The notes under the pieces are model-generated. The model was not told the origin of the DNA. It worked only from the letters and a program-made list of their open reading frames with translations, and made no database searches. A DNA stretch of 64,000 nt, taken from assembly GCA_024137785.1 (NCBI GenBank), contig JAHRHZ010000021.1:20827129-20891128 (forward strand), in the 5' to 3' direction. Both the position numbers and the translations under genes were made by a program. Each line of letters starts with the position of its first letter. Within the stretch, counting starts at the first letter, position 1. This DNA comes from Ginglymostoma cirratum (taxonomy: Eukaryota). Shown one piece after another: positions 51,237 to 63,903 of this stretch.

Positions 51237-52634
51237 GCCATCTTAAGTGCATATGAGCTAGTACCAAAAGCCTACAAATAACATTTCAGGAAACTAAAGA
51301 GGGAACCTGGTCAAATGTACACTGAGTTTGAAAGGATCAAACAAAGTAATTTTGGTATGTGGATAAGGGTGCTGAAAATAGATCAAACGTACAGTATGAT
51401 GCTCTTAGGGAGACAATTATTTCGGAGAGTTCAAAGATTCACTTTGTGAAGTAGTGAGAACTCATGTGGAAGAGCAGAGAGTTAAGAATGCAAAATTAGC
51501 AGTGGGAATTGCAGATGATTGAGTTGGTTCATAAATCAAAGTTAGGCTTCTGGCATCAGTTTCAATCTGTGAGGGATAGGAATTGGGGGGTGGTGGGAAT
51601 AAATCCTCAGGCAGTAAGGGAAAAGGAAATATCAGTGAAGATAAAGAGAGTTTACCACTGGGTAAAAAGGAAGGAGAAGTCAAAAAGCTCGGGTGTTTTC
51701 ACTAATAAAGAGGGCCACATGAAGTTGCAGTGTTGGTGGTTTAGAAAAAGCCCTGAGAAGACAGATGTGGGAAAACAGGATAAGCCAGTGAGTTTTGTTG
51801 AAGTAGTAAAGGAAGGCTCAGTGGAAGCTAAAAAGCGGCAAAAGAAATCTACAGCCCAATCAGGGGTTGTTTGAGAAGAAAGGGCTAGATGTCTTTAAAG
51901 AATTTACTTGTGTGGTAAAATTTACTCATGCTTGCCAGGAAGAGCTGGTAAAGAAATTAGATTTTGAGATAGGGGAGCAAGTCAATCTTTGGTGAGAGAT
52001 GGGGAGATATGTAATTCAGAAGGAGTATTGTCAGAAGACATGGTAATATGTGGAATTCACGGTGAGAAGAGTGGTATTCCATTGTATAAGGTGAAGTTGG
52101 AGACCCCAGTGTAAAGTTGTAAATGGTGATAGGAGTAATAGAGAAATTCTTGGTATGAAAAATGTGCCTGCTACGTTTCAAAGACTAACCAATAAAAGTC
52201 TTTTCGGGATTACCCAATTGTATGGTGTATATCGATGATCTGGTAATTTTTAGTCACTCGTGGAAGGAACATTTGGAGCATCTGTCAGAATGGTTCAATT
52301 GAGGCAGGCTTGGTGATAAACCTGGCTGAGAGTGAGTTTGCTAAAGCCTAGGTCATATTCCTGGGCCATTTCATTGGACATGGACAGGTGGCTCCACAGG
52401 ATGTGAAAACAAAGGTTGTTGATGAAGAGGACAGTACTACAATTCCAGGAATTGGGTGGTTTTTATCAGAAGTTTGTACTGAATTTTAGCAGCCTGGTTG
52501 CTTCACTGATTGACTTACTGAAGAAGTGCAGAAAATTTCAGTAGACGGAGGAATATCAGAAGGCATTTAGCAGTCTGAACGCTGTGTTAACCACGGTTCC
52601 AGTGTTAGCTACACCCAATTACACAAAGCCATTC

Positions 52635-52759
52635 AAGAAGGGTCTAGGCCCGAAATGTCAAGCTTTCCTGCTCCTCTGATGCTGCTTGGCCTGCTGTGTT
52701 CATCCAGCTCCACACCTTGTTATCTCGGATTCTCCAGCATCTGCAGTACCTATTATCTC
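52635..52759 (+). mobile_element. Penelope-type pLTR insert nested at the start of Gypsy RNase H
   Basis: AAGAAGGGTCTAGGCCCGAAATGTC...CTGCAGTACCTATTATCTC lies between TKPFK and IDASDVG. Confidence 0.85.
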
Positions 52760-53282
52760 TATTGATGCAAGTGACGTGGGTGTACTGTTGCAAGAAGACA
52801 ATGAGAATATATAAAGACCTATAGGGTATTTTTCTTGAAAATTGAATAATCATCAGAAATATTCCATGATTGAGAAGGAGACCTTGAGATTGGTCTTGGC
52901 GATGCAATATTTCAACATTTATTTTGCCAGTAATGTGTCTGATACAATTGTATATTCTGATCATAACCCCTTAAAGATTTTGGAAATATTTAAGGATCAA
53001 AATACTAAATTGTTTAGATGGAGCTCTGATTGCAACCATTCAATTTGAAAATTGTATATGTGACACGACAAGAAAACGTAATTGCCAGCGCATTTTTGTG
53101 ACTTTGAAAGAAGACAGAGGCATTCAGTGGCAGGATACAGCAGATTGAAATGGACTGTAATATTGAATGCCTGCATGCTTAGGGTCAACGTAATGTATGT
53201 GTATTGCAGTGTACAAATAAAGGAAGACTTCATTTTTAAAAATGAAGCCATCTTTGTATATTGGGTTTTTTAAGGGGGTTGG

Positions 53283-53864
53283 TACGACAATACCATGGCT
53301 TTAAGAGATGTATTTTGTCCTGGCGTCTTTTTTAATGAGGAAAGGTTGAGACAGAGGTATTGAACAGTCTGCTTAAAAGCCAAGAAAGTAAACAGCTTGT
53401 GAAGCTTTGGTTTTTTAAGTTGGAACGTTGGAACAATAGAAGTAGCCTGAGTGGGTGGGGTCCAACTCCCAAAGAACCAGGGTTGTTTTTAGTTTTAGCC
53501 TTTAGTAGCAGTTGCCGGGGTCTTGAAACTGGATGTGGAAGCTCTCATTCCTTTCTCTGTTATAGCTAAAAAGCTGGGATTCTCTTCCTGCTGCTAGAAT
53601 TGCATGTGAGACAATCTATTTTGAGTGTGCCTTTGCCAAGAGTGTGTTTATGGGATATTACTACATTGGAACAGTTAATTAGTATTTTGTTAAGTATTTT
53701 GATGGAGTTACAAAAAATAGTGTGTTTTCTTTCAACACTGGTAGCTTGACCAATCGAATTGCATCGGGAATACGATGCCTTGCACTTAACTTTAAAATAA
53801 GAAAAAGCTAGGGTCTAAACTGTCGTCTTAATATATTTGAGGGGATTTGGTCTGGTCCATATAC
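53283..53864 (+). repeat. 3' LTR of the Gypsy element
   Basis: Preceded by a T-run and AAGGGGG (PPT-like). Shares CTGGGATTCTCTT, GACCAATCGAATTGCATC and TGGTCTGGTCCATA with the 5' LTR. Confidence 0.8.
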
Positions 53865-55309
53865 TGTACTGTTTGCACAGTTCATTGCCCTTCCCTAATC
53901 CAGTTTGATTGTATTAAATGTAATGTGCTACTCAATGTTCTAAAATTCAAAATACGTCCTTTCTATACTGCTGTCTGCTATTGTTTGAAACGCACTCTCT
54001 CCTCCCACCCATCTTCTAAAACATCTGAACTTCTGAATACATCTTTGTTTCTGTTCCCAGAAATAGTTATTCAATTATTGGGTCAGCCTTGGGGCTTTGG
54101 CATGATTCCAAATGTTCACAGGTAGCCATCATCTTGGTGTCATCTTAACCCCAAAGTTAATCTATTTTACCTCCTCTTATTCTCCCAAGCAAGATAATGA
54201 CTTGTTGATCATTACACCGCTGACAGCTTCAGGTTTGACCCTTGGCTCCTGGTACCAGGAGCTGCTCATGAGAGGCCCAAAGAGGAGCACATCTTGTAAT
54301 AGAATTCTATGAACATACTATTACACCGCATTGAATAGTGTTTCCAACAATTGGAACTGCAGAGTTGCAGGACCAGTGACTCGCTTTTTTTTTGTTGAAA
54401 CTTAATCCCGGTAAACTTTGAGAAGTAGAAATATTGAGATTTTGTTCTTCTGTCTAGCCTCAAGGTAACCCCTTCCAAAAACCGTTGTTCTCAATCTCTT
54501 GTCCTTAATAGCGATAGCACGTCTGTCTTCAAGTCATGTGAAGAACTAACCATGTTACTTCTATCATTCCTTTCAAATTTATGTGCAAATTCACTGATAT
54601 CTTGACTGGAATTACATACGAAAGAAAACTTCATTGTTCTTTGCATTTTCAACATCACAACAGGTCTAGGTTTGTGCAAGGATTTGCCCAGACTTTGATG
54701 CACATTTATTAGATTCCAGGGGATTATGTAGATTCTTCATGGCTTCAAATCACCAGTGTGCTTACATTTGGATGGCATTGCAGATTTCCTGTGTTTTTGT
54801 TCTTGTCATTATGTGCACAAAGAAACTAGAAACTGATATCGGAACAAATGAACTGTTCCCATAATTGTAGGTGGATGGAAATTCCTTTATAATTGAAGAT
54901 GTTTTTAATGGTTATGACTGATCCTTTTAGTCTCGCTTTCACAGAATACGTACGGCAGAGAAGGACACCATTCAGCTATACCTGATCAATTGTGCTTTGG
55001 CTGTCATCATTAATTTTTCTTTAATTTGACAATGCAGAATTTTTTCTCGAATCCTTTACTGTGGTTTGTGCTTGTAGTTTTAGAAGCTGATCAGACGGAA
55101 AAATAAACTATTAGTCTCCCACTCATGAGGACAGCTGGAGCTGCAGGCTATTGGTTATTAAGATCATTGATTTGTTGAGGGTTTTCATGCATCAGTTGGG
55201 TGTATATACGCAATTTTCCTCTCCCTGGATGTAGTGAGAAGGGAGGATAATTGGCTGAGTTTGCCCTGGAGAGAAACTGACTCCCTTGTCACAGCAGAGC
55301 TTCAATAAC

Positions 55310-56120
55310 AACATCAACACGTCAGTGGGGTAGACAGATATGTGGCAGATGATGTTCAATACGGAGAAGTGTGAAGATGCAGTTTGTACCAAGGACAGTG
55401 TGAAATAATGAAATTGTAAAGAATTTGCAGGAGCCAAGAAGCCTAGGTATATGTGTATATAAGTTATTTAACATGGCAGCACAGGTAGGGAGGACCGTTA
55501 ATAAAGCATACAGTATTCTAGGATTCTTTAAAGGGGCTTTAGAGTAGATTCTTCAGAGTACATGACAGGTAATGCTGAACTTGTATTGGATACTAGTGAA
55601 ACCTCCACTGAAGTTTTGGACACTGTTTTTGGTGCCACACTACAGGAAGGACGTCAATGCATTGGAGAAGGTGCAAGAAGAGGTTTGTGCGAATGGTTCC
55701 AGAGACAAGAAACCTCAGTTGCGAGAATAATTTGGAGAAGTTGACTGTTTTCCTTGGAAAGGAGAAGGCTGAGGAGATTTTAAAAAGATTTTCAAAATCT
55801 TTAAGGGCCTAAATACAGTAGATGGGGAGAAATTGTTCTCACACTTAAAAGGATCAAGATCCAGAGGGCACAATTTTAAAGTCATTTGCAGAAGAAGCAA
55901 ATGCAAGGTGAGAGAACTTTTTCATATAGTGTGTGGTCCAGTTTGGAATGCGCTGCCTGGAAGAGGGGGCCATTTTAATTGAGATATTCAAGACGGCATT
56001 GGATAATGTTTCTTCTGAAACAAATGTGCAGTGTTATAGGATGGCTAAAATGCTCAGAGAGCTGCTGCAGACAACATTGGCCAAATAGCTTCCTTCTGTA
56101 CCAGAACAATTCTGTCAATC
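55310..56120 (+). mobile_element. Decayed CR1 ORF2 3' part and tail
   Basis: TGGCAGATGATGTTCAATACGGAGAAGTGTGAA (WQMMFNTEKCE). TGGAATGCGCTGCCT (WNALP). Confidence 0.8.
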
Positions 56121-56738
56121 TGATCTTCTCAGCCTGACAGTCATTTAAGGCCTTTAAGTGATCGGTTAATGGTTACTTGAGGGCCTCAACCTGCCACCTC
56201 CAAAGGGCCAAGAAAGGATCCTAGTTTCCCTTTGGGAAATCATGGCAACCTGATATCGGGGTTAGCTGGGTGTGCACCAGTTTCCCCAATTTGGGGCATC
56301 TTGAGGTATCGCAGATGCGGGGCATGGGGATGGCCTCTGAAAACCACTGCTCCTGCCCTTACTTCCAAGACCTCTGACCCTCCTCCTGCTACAGTCCCAC
56401 TGCCCGAGATGATTCTAGAAAGTACAGGCCTTATCGCTGTTGGATTCCCCCAAGGAGCAGCCCTGGGTTGGCTGACTTTCAGAACCAGTTTCTGCCAGTC
56501 AGAGTCACCAGTGTCGAGACTTGAGATGGTTGAGAACCATGCCCTGACTGTCAGCTGGAATGAGCCTGATTGGTGTTTGATTGGACGAGTTTTCTCAGAG
56601 GTGGGTGGGTTGGAAAGTTGGTTCCCACCTAGTGCGCACATACCCTCACATCTAAACAAAGAAATGGCAAAATTCTGCCATTTGATGGGTATGATTGCCA
56701 ATACTACAAAGCAAAAGATTAGACAACGTTTATGTGGA

Positions 56739-57120
56739 AACATAGAAAATAGTAACAGGAGCAGGCCATTTGACGCTTCAAGCTTGCACTGCCATTCAAT
56801 ATAATTATGGCTTTTCATCCAAATCAGCATCCTGTACCACTTTCTGAAGAAGCGTCTAGGCCCGAAACGTCAGCCTTCCTGCTCCTCTGATGCTGCTTGG
56901 CCTGCTGTGTTCATCTAGCTCTACACCTTGTTATCTCAGATTCTCCAGCATCTGCAGTTCCTACTATCTCTGAAACCACTTTCTCCCCGTACCCTTTCAT
57001 CCCTTTAGCCCTAATGAGCTATATCTAACTCCCTGAAAACTTCAGTACTTTGGCATCAACTGCTTTCTGTGCCAAAAAAATCCAGTGGCCTACCTTTTTC
57101 TGGGTGAAGAAATTCTTATT
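56739..57120 (-). mobile_element. CR1 3' tail fragment (host of the insert at 56844)
   Basis: CATAGAAAATAGTAACAGGAGCAGGCCATT...TTTGGCATCAACTGCTTTCTGTG...GGGTGAAGAAATT. Confidence 0.75.
56844..56974 (+). mobile_element. Penelope-type pLTR insert with hammerhead core and 10-bp TSD
   Basis: CTGAAGAAGCGTCTAGGCCCGAAACGTC start. ACCACTTTCT at 56836-56845 and 56975-56984. Confidence 0.85.
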
Positions 57121-58971
57121 TTTAAGAAAAGTCATGGGCATGTGATTGAAAAAGCGACCATTCTTTTTCAGGGATAGGCACAGGGGAGGGTAGGTACAAA
57201 ATTTTTGAATAGCATTTTGTTTTCATTTACCTGTCCCCTTTTGTGTTGTGTTTTTGTTTCCCGTGTGGCTGCTACCGCCGTCATTGAGAGAGAGGGATGT
57301 CACTGAGTTAATGGAGCTCTCTCACTGCTTGACATCTGGAGATCCAGTGAGATAACCCTGGCATTTCCGTACATGTGCCGTTTCAACTGTATGGGTTGAT
57401 CTGGCTCCCTCTCACTGCCTGCTTTAGTAACTGCTCCCAACCAGTTTCCCTCAATTATGTCATTAATGCTCCCTGTCAAAACACAACCAGAAAGGCAGGG
57501 AAGGAAATGAATCATAATTCTTTGAAATGTTCCATGACTTGTATCTAAAGAATCCTGGCAGAGATATTGTTTGAAATGCAGGCTATTACAGGGTAGAGGC
57601 ATCACGGCTGATGCTTGAATCACCTGCCACACCCCCTCTCTCTCTCAAGTAAATACCTTGTTGGGAATTTGCTAAAACCCCAAGATCACTATTTTTCTCT
57701 CCCTGGGCGAGTTTCAGTCATGGCTGGGTGGGAATGAGGGAGCGGGTGACAATGCAGGGGGTAATTGATATCATGTGTAAATTGGACTGTCAGGGGAGAG
57801 AAAAAGAATTGACGTCTCACGTTAGTACGTTCTCATGGTGCTTCCTGCCAGTCCTAGGAAAATCGGGTGACTGTCCTCTCACTGCCTGCCAGAAGGACAA
57901 AGTGGGAAGAGATGTTCTAAGAGTGGGTTTCTCCCTGTTGAGGTGGGCTTGATGACTAGCAGAGGGATGTCCGCGACTTTCCTTCGGCAAAATACAAGAT
58001 GAGTTTTGGTGCCCTTGGAGCTATACCCCAGCAAAGAGAGAGAGGGAGGGAAGTCACCAAGCCCTAGCAAGGAAAGTTTAAAACAAATGCACCTGTCATC
58101 TTCTGGCAGGTCCTAATCCTGACTTTAGTTGCTAAGGATGTTTCAGCAACTTTCCCGCTCAGGCCTGACTGAGTTAAAATCACAGTTGGAGCGCAGTGTC
58201 ATTGTTGAGTCCTGATCCGCATAATCAATGGAAGGGCCCACTGACCTTGGCCAGGCAGCTTAAGCTGCCTGTCAAGATGCCGGAGTGAAAATCGCATTCC
58301 CAATGATCCGGGGGCTTTCTGGTAGGTAAATAGTTGGGGCTGTTCAACATTTGCAGCCTCCTGCTCCCCCTCCTACATTTCCTGTAGGGCTATAGAGCTC
58401 AGTCTGGCGATCAAGTTTCCTACATCAGCATATACTACTCCCAAGTCCAGCAGCAATTCAATTCAAAGTTGTTCTTGAGGGAAATGACATTGTGGCAGCA
58501 TGCAGAGAGTATGCTTTGAATAATTTATGTGATACTAATATATGTCCAAATTCGTTCTGACAGAAACTAATCAATTACTCCTCTATTGAAAGTCTAAAAA
58601 TAACCAATGTTGAACAAATGTTTGTGGACAACTGTGAGGGCTATGTAACTGATCCTAAGAGAATAAGACATAGGACCAGAAGTAGGCCATTTGGCCCATC
58701 AAATCCTCTTCTCCATTCAGACATTATGTTCAGATTCGTTAATTATTTGGTATTCTGTTCTATTTTTATGAAGAATTGTTCCAGTTTGCTTCATAGAATT
58801 GACATTTTGGATAATGGGATTCAGTTATTTTAATTCAGGCTGAGGCTTCCAATACTTGCCAGTGACAGCTCGAGCTGTCAAGAATCAACATGTTAAGAAG
58901 AACTGGAATTATCAACAACACCAATATGCTGAACTGGTATGAAAATGGGATTTTTCCTGACGTTAAACTTA

Positions 58972-59260
58972 AGGGTGGCACAGTGGCTCAGTGATTAGCA
59001 CAACTGCCTCACAGTGCCAGGGACCTGGGTTCGATTCCACCCTCAGGCGCCTGTCTGTGTGGAGTTTGCACATTCTCCCCGTGTCTGTGTGGGTTTCCTC
59101 CGGGTGCTCCAGTTTCCTCCCACAGTCCAAAGATGTGCAGGCTAGGTGGATTAGCCATGCTAAGTTGTCCATAGTGCCCAGGGATGTTTAGGTTAGGTGG
59201 GTTAGACATGGGAAATGCAGGGGGAGGGGAATGGGTCTGGGTGGGATGCTCCTAAAAGAC
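58972..59260 (+). mobile_element. HE1 (V-SINE), 3' truncated
   Basis: GGGTGGCACAGTGGCTCAGTG...GGGTTCGATTCC...GGGTTTCCTCCGGGTGCTCCAGTTTCCTCCCACAGTCCAAAG. Confidence 0.92.
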
Positions 59261-59889
59261 TTGCCTGTTTCAATTTGTAAGCCCATTTCACTATAAGCGT
59301 GGCAACTCTAGAACCCAGATAACTTGTTACATTGGAAATAGTTGGAATGTGCAGTAGCTCAGAGGTAGGGACAGTACCATTGTGACACAAGAGGCCCTAA
59401 TATAGGGAATGAGTTTTCTGTGGCTCATGTTTCATTGGGTGATCAGCTGGTTAATGACTGCATCTATGTTGCACACAACAACCTGCTGTCAAATCACCCT
59501 TCACTCCTGCAGCAGGTAATGAGGGCTAATCTAAACAGGCTTCTCGGAGTCTGCTTTCAGTCACTTATCACAAAGCTCAATCAAAACGATATCATAATAT
59601 CATGATGTTCCAGGCTTTGCATGGAAAGCAGTGTTAGTTTGTAACTCCAGCTGCTTGAGGTGCTTTGCTCTATGTTGCACAAGATCTGCAGTTTGGGATT
59701 CGGGCTTATTGCTTTTGAGTTTCTAGTGTATCGGGAAGGCTGAGTGCAGATGTGATTGAGTGCAATCCCAACAGTGGCATCACAGTAAAGTAGAAGCTGC
59801 TTTAGTGTGCATTAAGTTGGCATGTATATACATGCAGAGGCTGCTTAAAGGGCTGGTGGTAAGCTTGGCAGTCTTTCATTCAACCAGTA

Positions 59890-60240
59890 CCGCCATTCCA
59901 GGGACTTGAGCACATAATCCAGACAAACGCTTTGGTGTAGGAGCCAGGGAATGGTGTCAGACCCTGCCTTACCCCTCCCGGCCAAGGTTGATTTTTAAAA
60001 GTTCTCGAGGCATTGTTAGAAGTTCTGTGGAGTTTTTTTTCTGATATTAATGCCAATTTTGTCCTTAATAAACATTACAATTTGGTGATGATTGCTGTCT
60101 ATGGGAGCTTGCTGTGCACAAAAAATGGGCATTGAATTTCACACATTAGAGCAGTAACTACACTTCCAAGATACTTCATTGGTTGGAAAGCGCTTTGAGG
60201 TTATGATAGATGTAGACGTCATTTAATGGCAAATCTTTTT
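59890..60240 (+). mobile_element. Decayed Deu-domain SINE
   Basis: GACTTGAGCACATAATCCAG...GGGAGCTTGCTGTGCACAAA...CTTCATTGGTTGGAAAGCGCTTTG. Confidence 0.65.
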
Positions 60241-63065
60241 TCTTTAAGTGCCTCAGAAATCATTCACAGTCATATGTATAAGATATATATGTTTCCAGTT
60301 CTTTATGCCCACTCCCCACAAAACACATGAGTGCAGTAAGGTATGAAAAGTATTTCTAACATATCTTTGGTCTGAGAGAATTTGCATTTATGTAGCGCTT
60401 GACTAGATTTCTATGAGCATCCAAATATAATGACTGTTTTTTCCTTTCTACTTTCAGTCACTAGGTGGGGAGAGTTCATGGATTTGGAAGTGGGGATACC
60501 CACAAAAATCTACAGAAAAACAGTTGTGCCAGTTCACCAACATGTTCCTGCTTCCTGCTCCTTTAGTGACAACAATCCATCACCCATGGCAGGAAGCCAA
60601 TTTAGGCTTTTTGGCCACCAATTGGCAGCCATTTTTTTAGCGTAATTCACATTTTACTGGCCAGTCAGCGGACCCCTGCCGTGGCTGCAGCTGGTCAGGA
60701 GGCAGGTGCAGGGCTGGAGGTTACACACTTTGAGAAATAAATTAAATCTATACCTGCTTTAAGAAGCACATTGGTAAGCCTTCAACTGCTTTGCAGTCAG
60801 GGACTTGGCATTTTCTCCCAAACTCCTCGATGTGATGGATATAATCACCAACTGATTCACTCCTTTGTATTGTACATTCCCCCTCATATCTCATTTCTAA
60901 CACGCAGCACTCTCACTGCATAGCCCACGGAGGTGGCTTGGTCTTGCATGCAATCTTGCCGTCCTACCTCTGTACCTGGCCTGCTGCCTCTCACTTGACA
61001 GTGATCCTGCAAGTCACCTCTTAACTGTTGTAATATTACTCAGGAGGTGTTCTGCTGCTGCTGTTGCGAACAGGATCGGGTCCTGAAGAAAGTCTGGACT
61101 GCCCAAAGCATTCCAAGTCTGTAAGGTTCAGCACACAGTTATTATACAGGCAAACACGTAGCCATTGAATGAACTGCAATTCATTAAAACGGACAGTGAA
61201 ATAAATAAACTGTTGGTTTGCTTCACGGTATTGTTGGTTTTGGGAAGACTGTTGCGCTTGGGCATCTGTTCATTTATTTTCTTCAAATTGAAGATTTTTG
61301 ACATTTATTTTACACTTTGGATCCTAGTTTTGACAGCTTGTCCAAGGATTGAAATGAGTACTGCCTCTGTTCTGAATTCGATTTGTCAACCTAGAGAAAT
61401 GCTGAGTCTCTTGGTTTGAACAACACATTGATCAAGGATCTGCAGATAATATTATCCAACATGAACATAGAACATGAAATAAGCATTAGAAGCATCTCTT
61501 CCAAACCGATTCTGAAATAGCAAATTTCCTAATGCAGTGAGCTTCTCTCTGCAATTTTCATCCCTTCCCCAGGTTATATTCCTAATGGGTAGTGACTCCT
61601 GTCTGAAAGATTAACCAACCAGCCATTATAAAGTGTGAACTTTGACAGTGGATTTTTAGCGGTCTCTTTGACTCTGGGGAGTTCAACAGCTGCGAACAAT
61701 CCTATACATACACAGCATCCGTTCAGACGCTTGTGGCTGCAATTGAGAGATAGCAAACTGAAGCAGAATCCCTTGGCTTCTTCCAGCCAACCCAACACTG
61801 CCGTTCCAGTCTTAGTGAACAGGGTTTAAGGCCAGGTTGAGTAAAAGTCGCAGAGAGGAACGCAATTGTTTGGGGTAGACCGGACATCAAACAGGGCATT
61901 CAAGATCTGTTTGTGTCATCTATTCCCCTATTAAACAGGCTGAACTATTGGACACGCAGCTCATTTCTCCAACTGTGTGGACACGCACAATTCCAATTGG
62001 ATTATACAAGTTCGGTTGGAAAATCCCCAGAGGCTTATAGATATGGGAAGAATGATACTCAATCTGAAAGACAGTAAATGTAGTATACATCTGCAACAGC
62101 ATTAAAATAGGTCAATGTCAAGTGTTTCATTGGACATATTTATATACCCCTGTAGACTATATAAATTTAAAGAAACCCATTTGTGAAAAATGTTGCTACA
62201 TTCATGATGAAGTTGCTTTGATATTTTTTGAACCTGTCTTCCAAAGCAGTGCTTTGGAAATCCAGATATTCAGATGGTCCTCTGCTGGATTTATCTCCTT
62301 TAACAAGTGATAGGTTTGGTATTCAGTACATTTTGGGCAAGAGGAGGACACTATCTGAGAGTTAACTGTTGAAGCCTGGGCTATGCTGGGGTTGGTAAGG
62401 AGGAGGGGAAAATCTGATGAGAGAATGGCCCAAGCAAAGGTGGTGGGGATGAGGGGTTCTGAGACTGAAACTTAAAGACTGATGGAAGAACTAAGATGGC
62501 ATGGATGGGAGGAAGAGGCTAGAGGCTCTAACTCCTGTAGGCTCAGATGTATTCCTGTTATATAGTGTCCAGAAAGGAAAATACTTTGCATGGCTTCATT
62601 AGACCATTTCTGCCCATCTTGGCTGATGTGATTAGTTTTGTTCAGGCTTTGGGCTCTCTGATGGAAAGTGTTTCACTCTCTGCCCCAGCTGAGTAGTCTA
62701 CCCGTGCCTGTTTTGAATGTGAGTTGCAATCATAGAGATAGATGGCTGGTAATGCTCTGTGCAAACCCCCAGCTGCCATTTTAACAACTTGCCCATCTTG
62801 TTGATGGTGAATTGGATTAAAATTTAGCCCAAGTCGCAAAAAGAACACGCTGTCTATGGTTTTACAACTGAGAACCTCAGACTGGTTTTCAGTGAAGAAG
62901 TTACACAGCAGATTTGTGTAACCTAATCATAAGGTGTTCTCATTGTCAAGAAGAAAAACACTTAAGGCCTCTTGTTATTTTATCCCTGTTTCAGCATTCT
63001 GCCTTTGCTACGAATATTCCTAACAAAATAACTTTATTTACCTCAACTTTTGGTAATCACTGTTC

Positions 63066-63835
63066 CATAAGAACGTAGAACATAGAACAGTACAGCACAG
63101 TACAGGCCCTTTGGCCCACGATGTTGTGCCGACCTATTATCCTACTCTAAGATCAGTCTGCCCTGCATACCTTACATTTTACTGTCCTCTGTGCCTATCC
63201 CACAGTCGCTTAAAAGCCTCTAAAGCATCTGACTGCACTACTACTGCCGGCAGCGCATTCCACATGCCCACCACTCTCTGTGTAAAGAACCCATCTCTGA
63301 CATCTCCCCTATACCTTCTTCCACTTACCTTTAAAATTATGCCCCCTCGTAATAGTCATGTCCACCCTGGGAAAAAGTCTCTGACTATCCACTCTATTTA
63401 TACCTCTTATCATCTTGTATACCTTTATCAAGTCACCTCTCATCCTTCTTCGCTCCAATGAAAAAGCCCTAGCTCCCTCAACCTTTCCTCATAAGACCTG
63501 CCCTCCTGTCTAGGCAGTCCTCTGCACCCTCTCGAAAGCTTCCACATCTTTCCCATAATGAGGTGACCAGAACTGAACACAATATTCAAAGTGTGGTCTA
63601 ACCAGGGTTTTAAAGAGCTGCAGCATAACTTCGTGGCTCTTAAACTCAATTCCCCTGCCACTGAAAGCCAACACACCAGACGCCTTTTTTACAACCCTGT
63701 CAACTTGGGTAGCAACTTTGAGGGATGTATGGACGTGGACCCCAAGATCCCTCTGTTCCTCCACACTGCTGAGAATCCTGCTATTAACCCTGTATTCTGC
63801 ATTCAAATTCGACCTTCCAGAATGAATCACTTCAC
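63066..63835 (-). mobile_element. Relatively well-preserved, 5'-truncated CR1 LINE
   Basis: 63510-63830 EQRDLGVHVH...LVRPHFEYCVQFWSPHY. Tail (CATAGAA)n-like repeats and CAGTACAGCACAGTACAGGCCC. Confidence 0.92.
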
Positions 63836-63903
63836 AAAGTAAGTAAGAAAGAATGTCATGATGCTGTAGGCCTTTTATAAATCCTTCTGGAATTTAGCCT
63901 TTT

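Larger units (their letters stand above)
49737..53864 (+). mobile_element. Decayed Gypsy LTR retrotransposon, Gmr1-like, with internal deletion
   Basis: Paired LTRs. Gag: LPKFNKKHVEAFFVSFEKVA and AILSAYELVPKAYK*HFR. Protease ILRD.GASQSL (frameshifted, about 51960). RT GMKNVPATFQRL and VYIDDLVIF (52150-52250). RNase H IDASDVG, YSMIEKETL, VYSDHNPL. Confidence 0.9.

Noticed and set aside
54920-55013. Acceptor-like CTTTCACAG followed by NTYGREGHHSAIPDQLCFGCHH* as possible exon 5
   Set aside because: Not acidic and unlike HMGA2 exon 5. ACAGAAT...CCATTCAGC resembles an antisense CR1 tail.
56232-56830. The two longest ORFs (190 aa + and 196 aa -), overlapping antisense
   Set aside because: No recognisable domain. 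They run across decayed repeat sequence and into a CR1 tail; most likely chance open frames.
63510-63830. 106-aa ORF as a functional gene
   Set aside because: C-terminal piece of a 5'-truncated, frameshifted CR1 ORF2.
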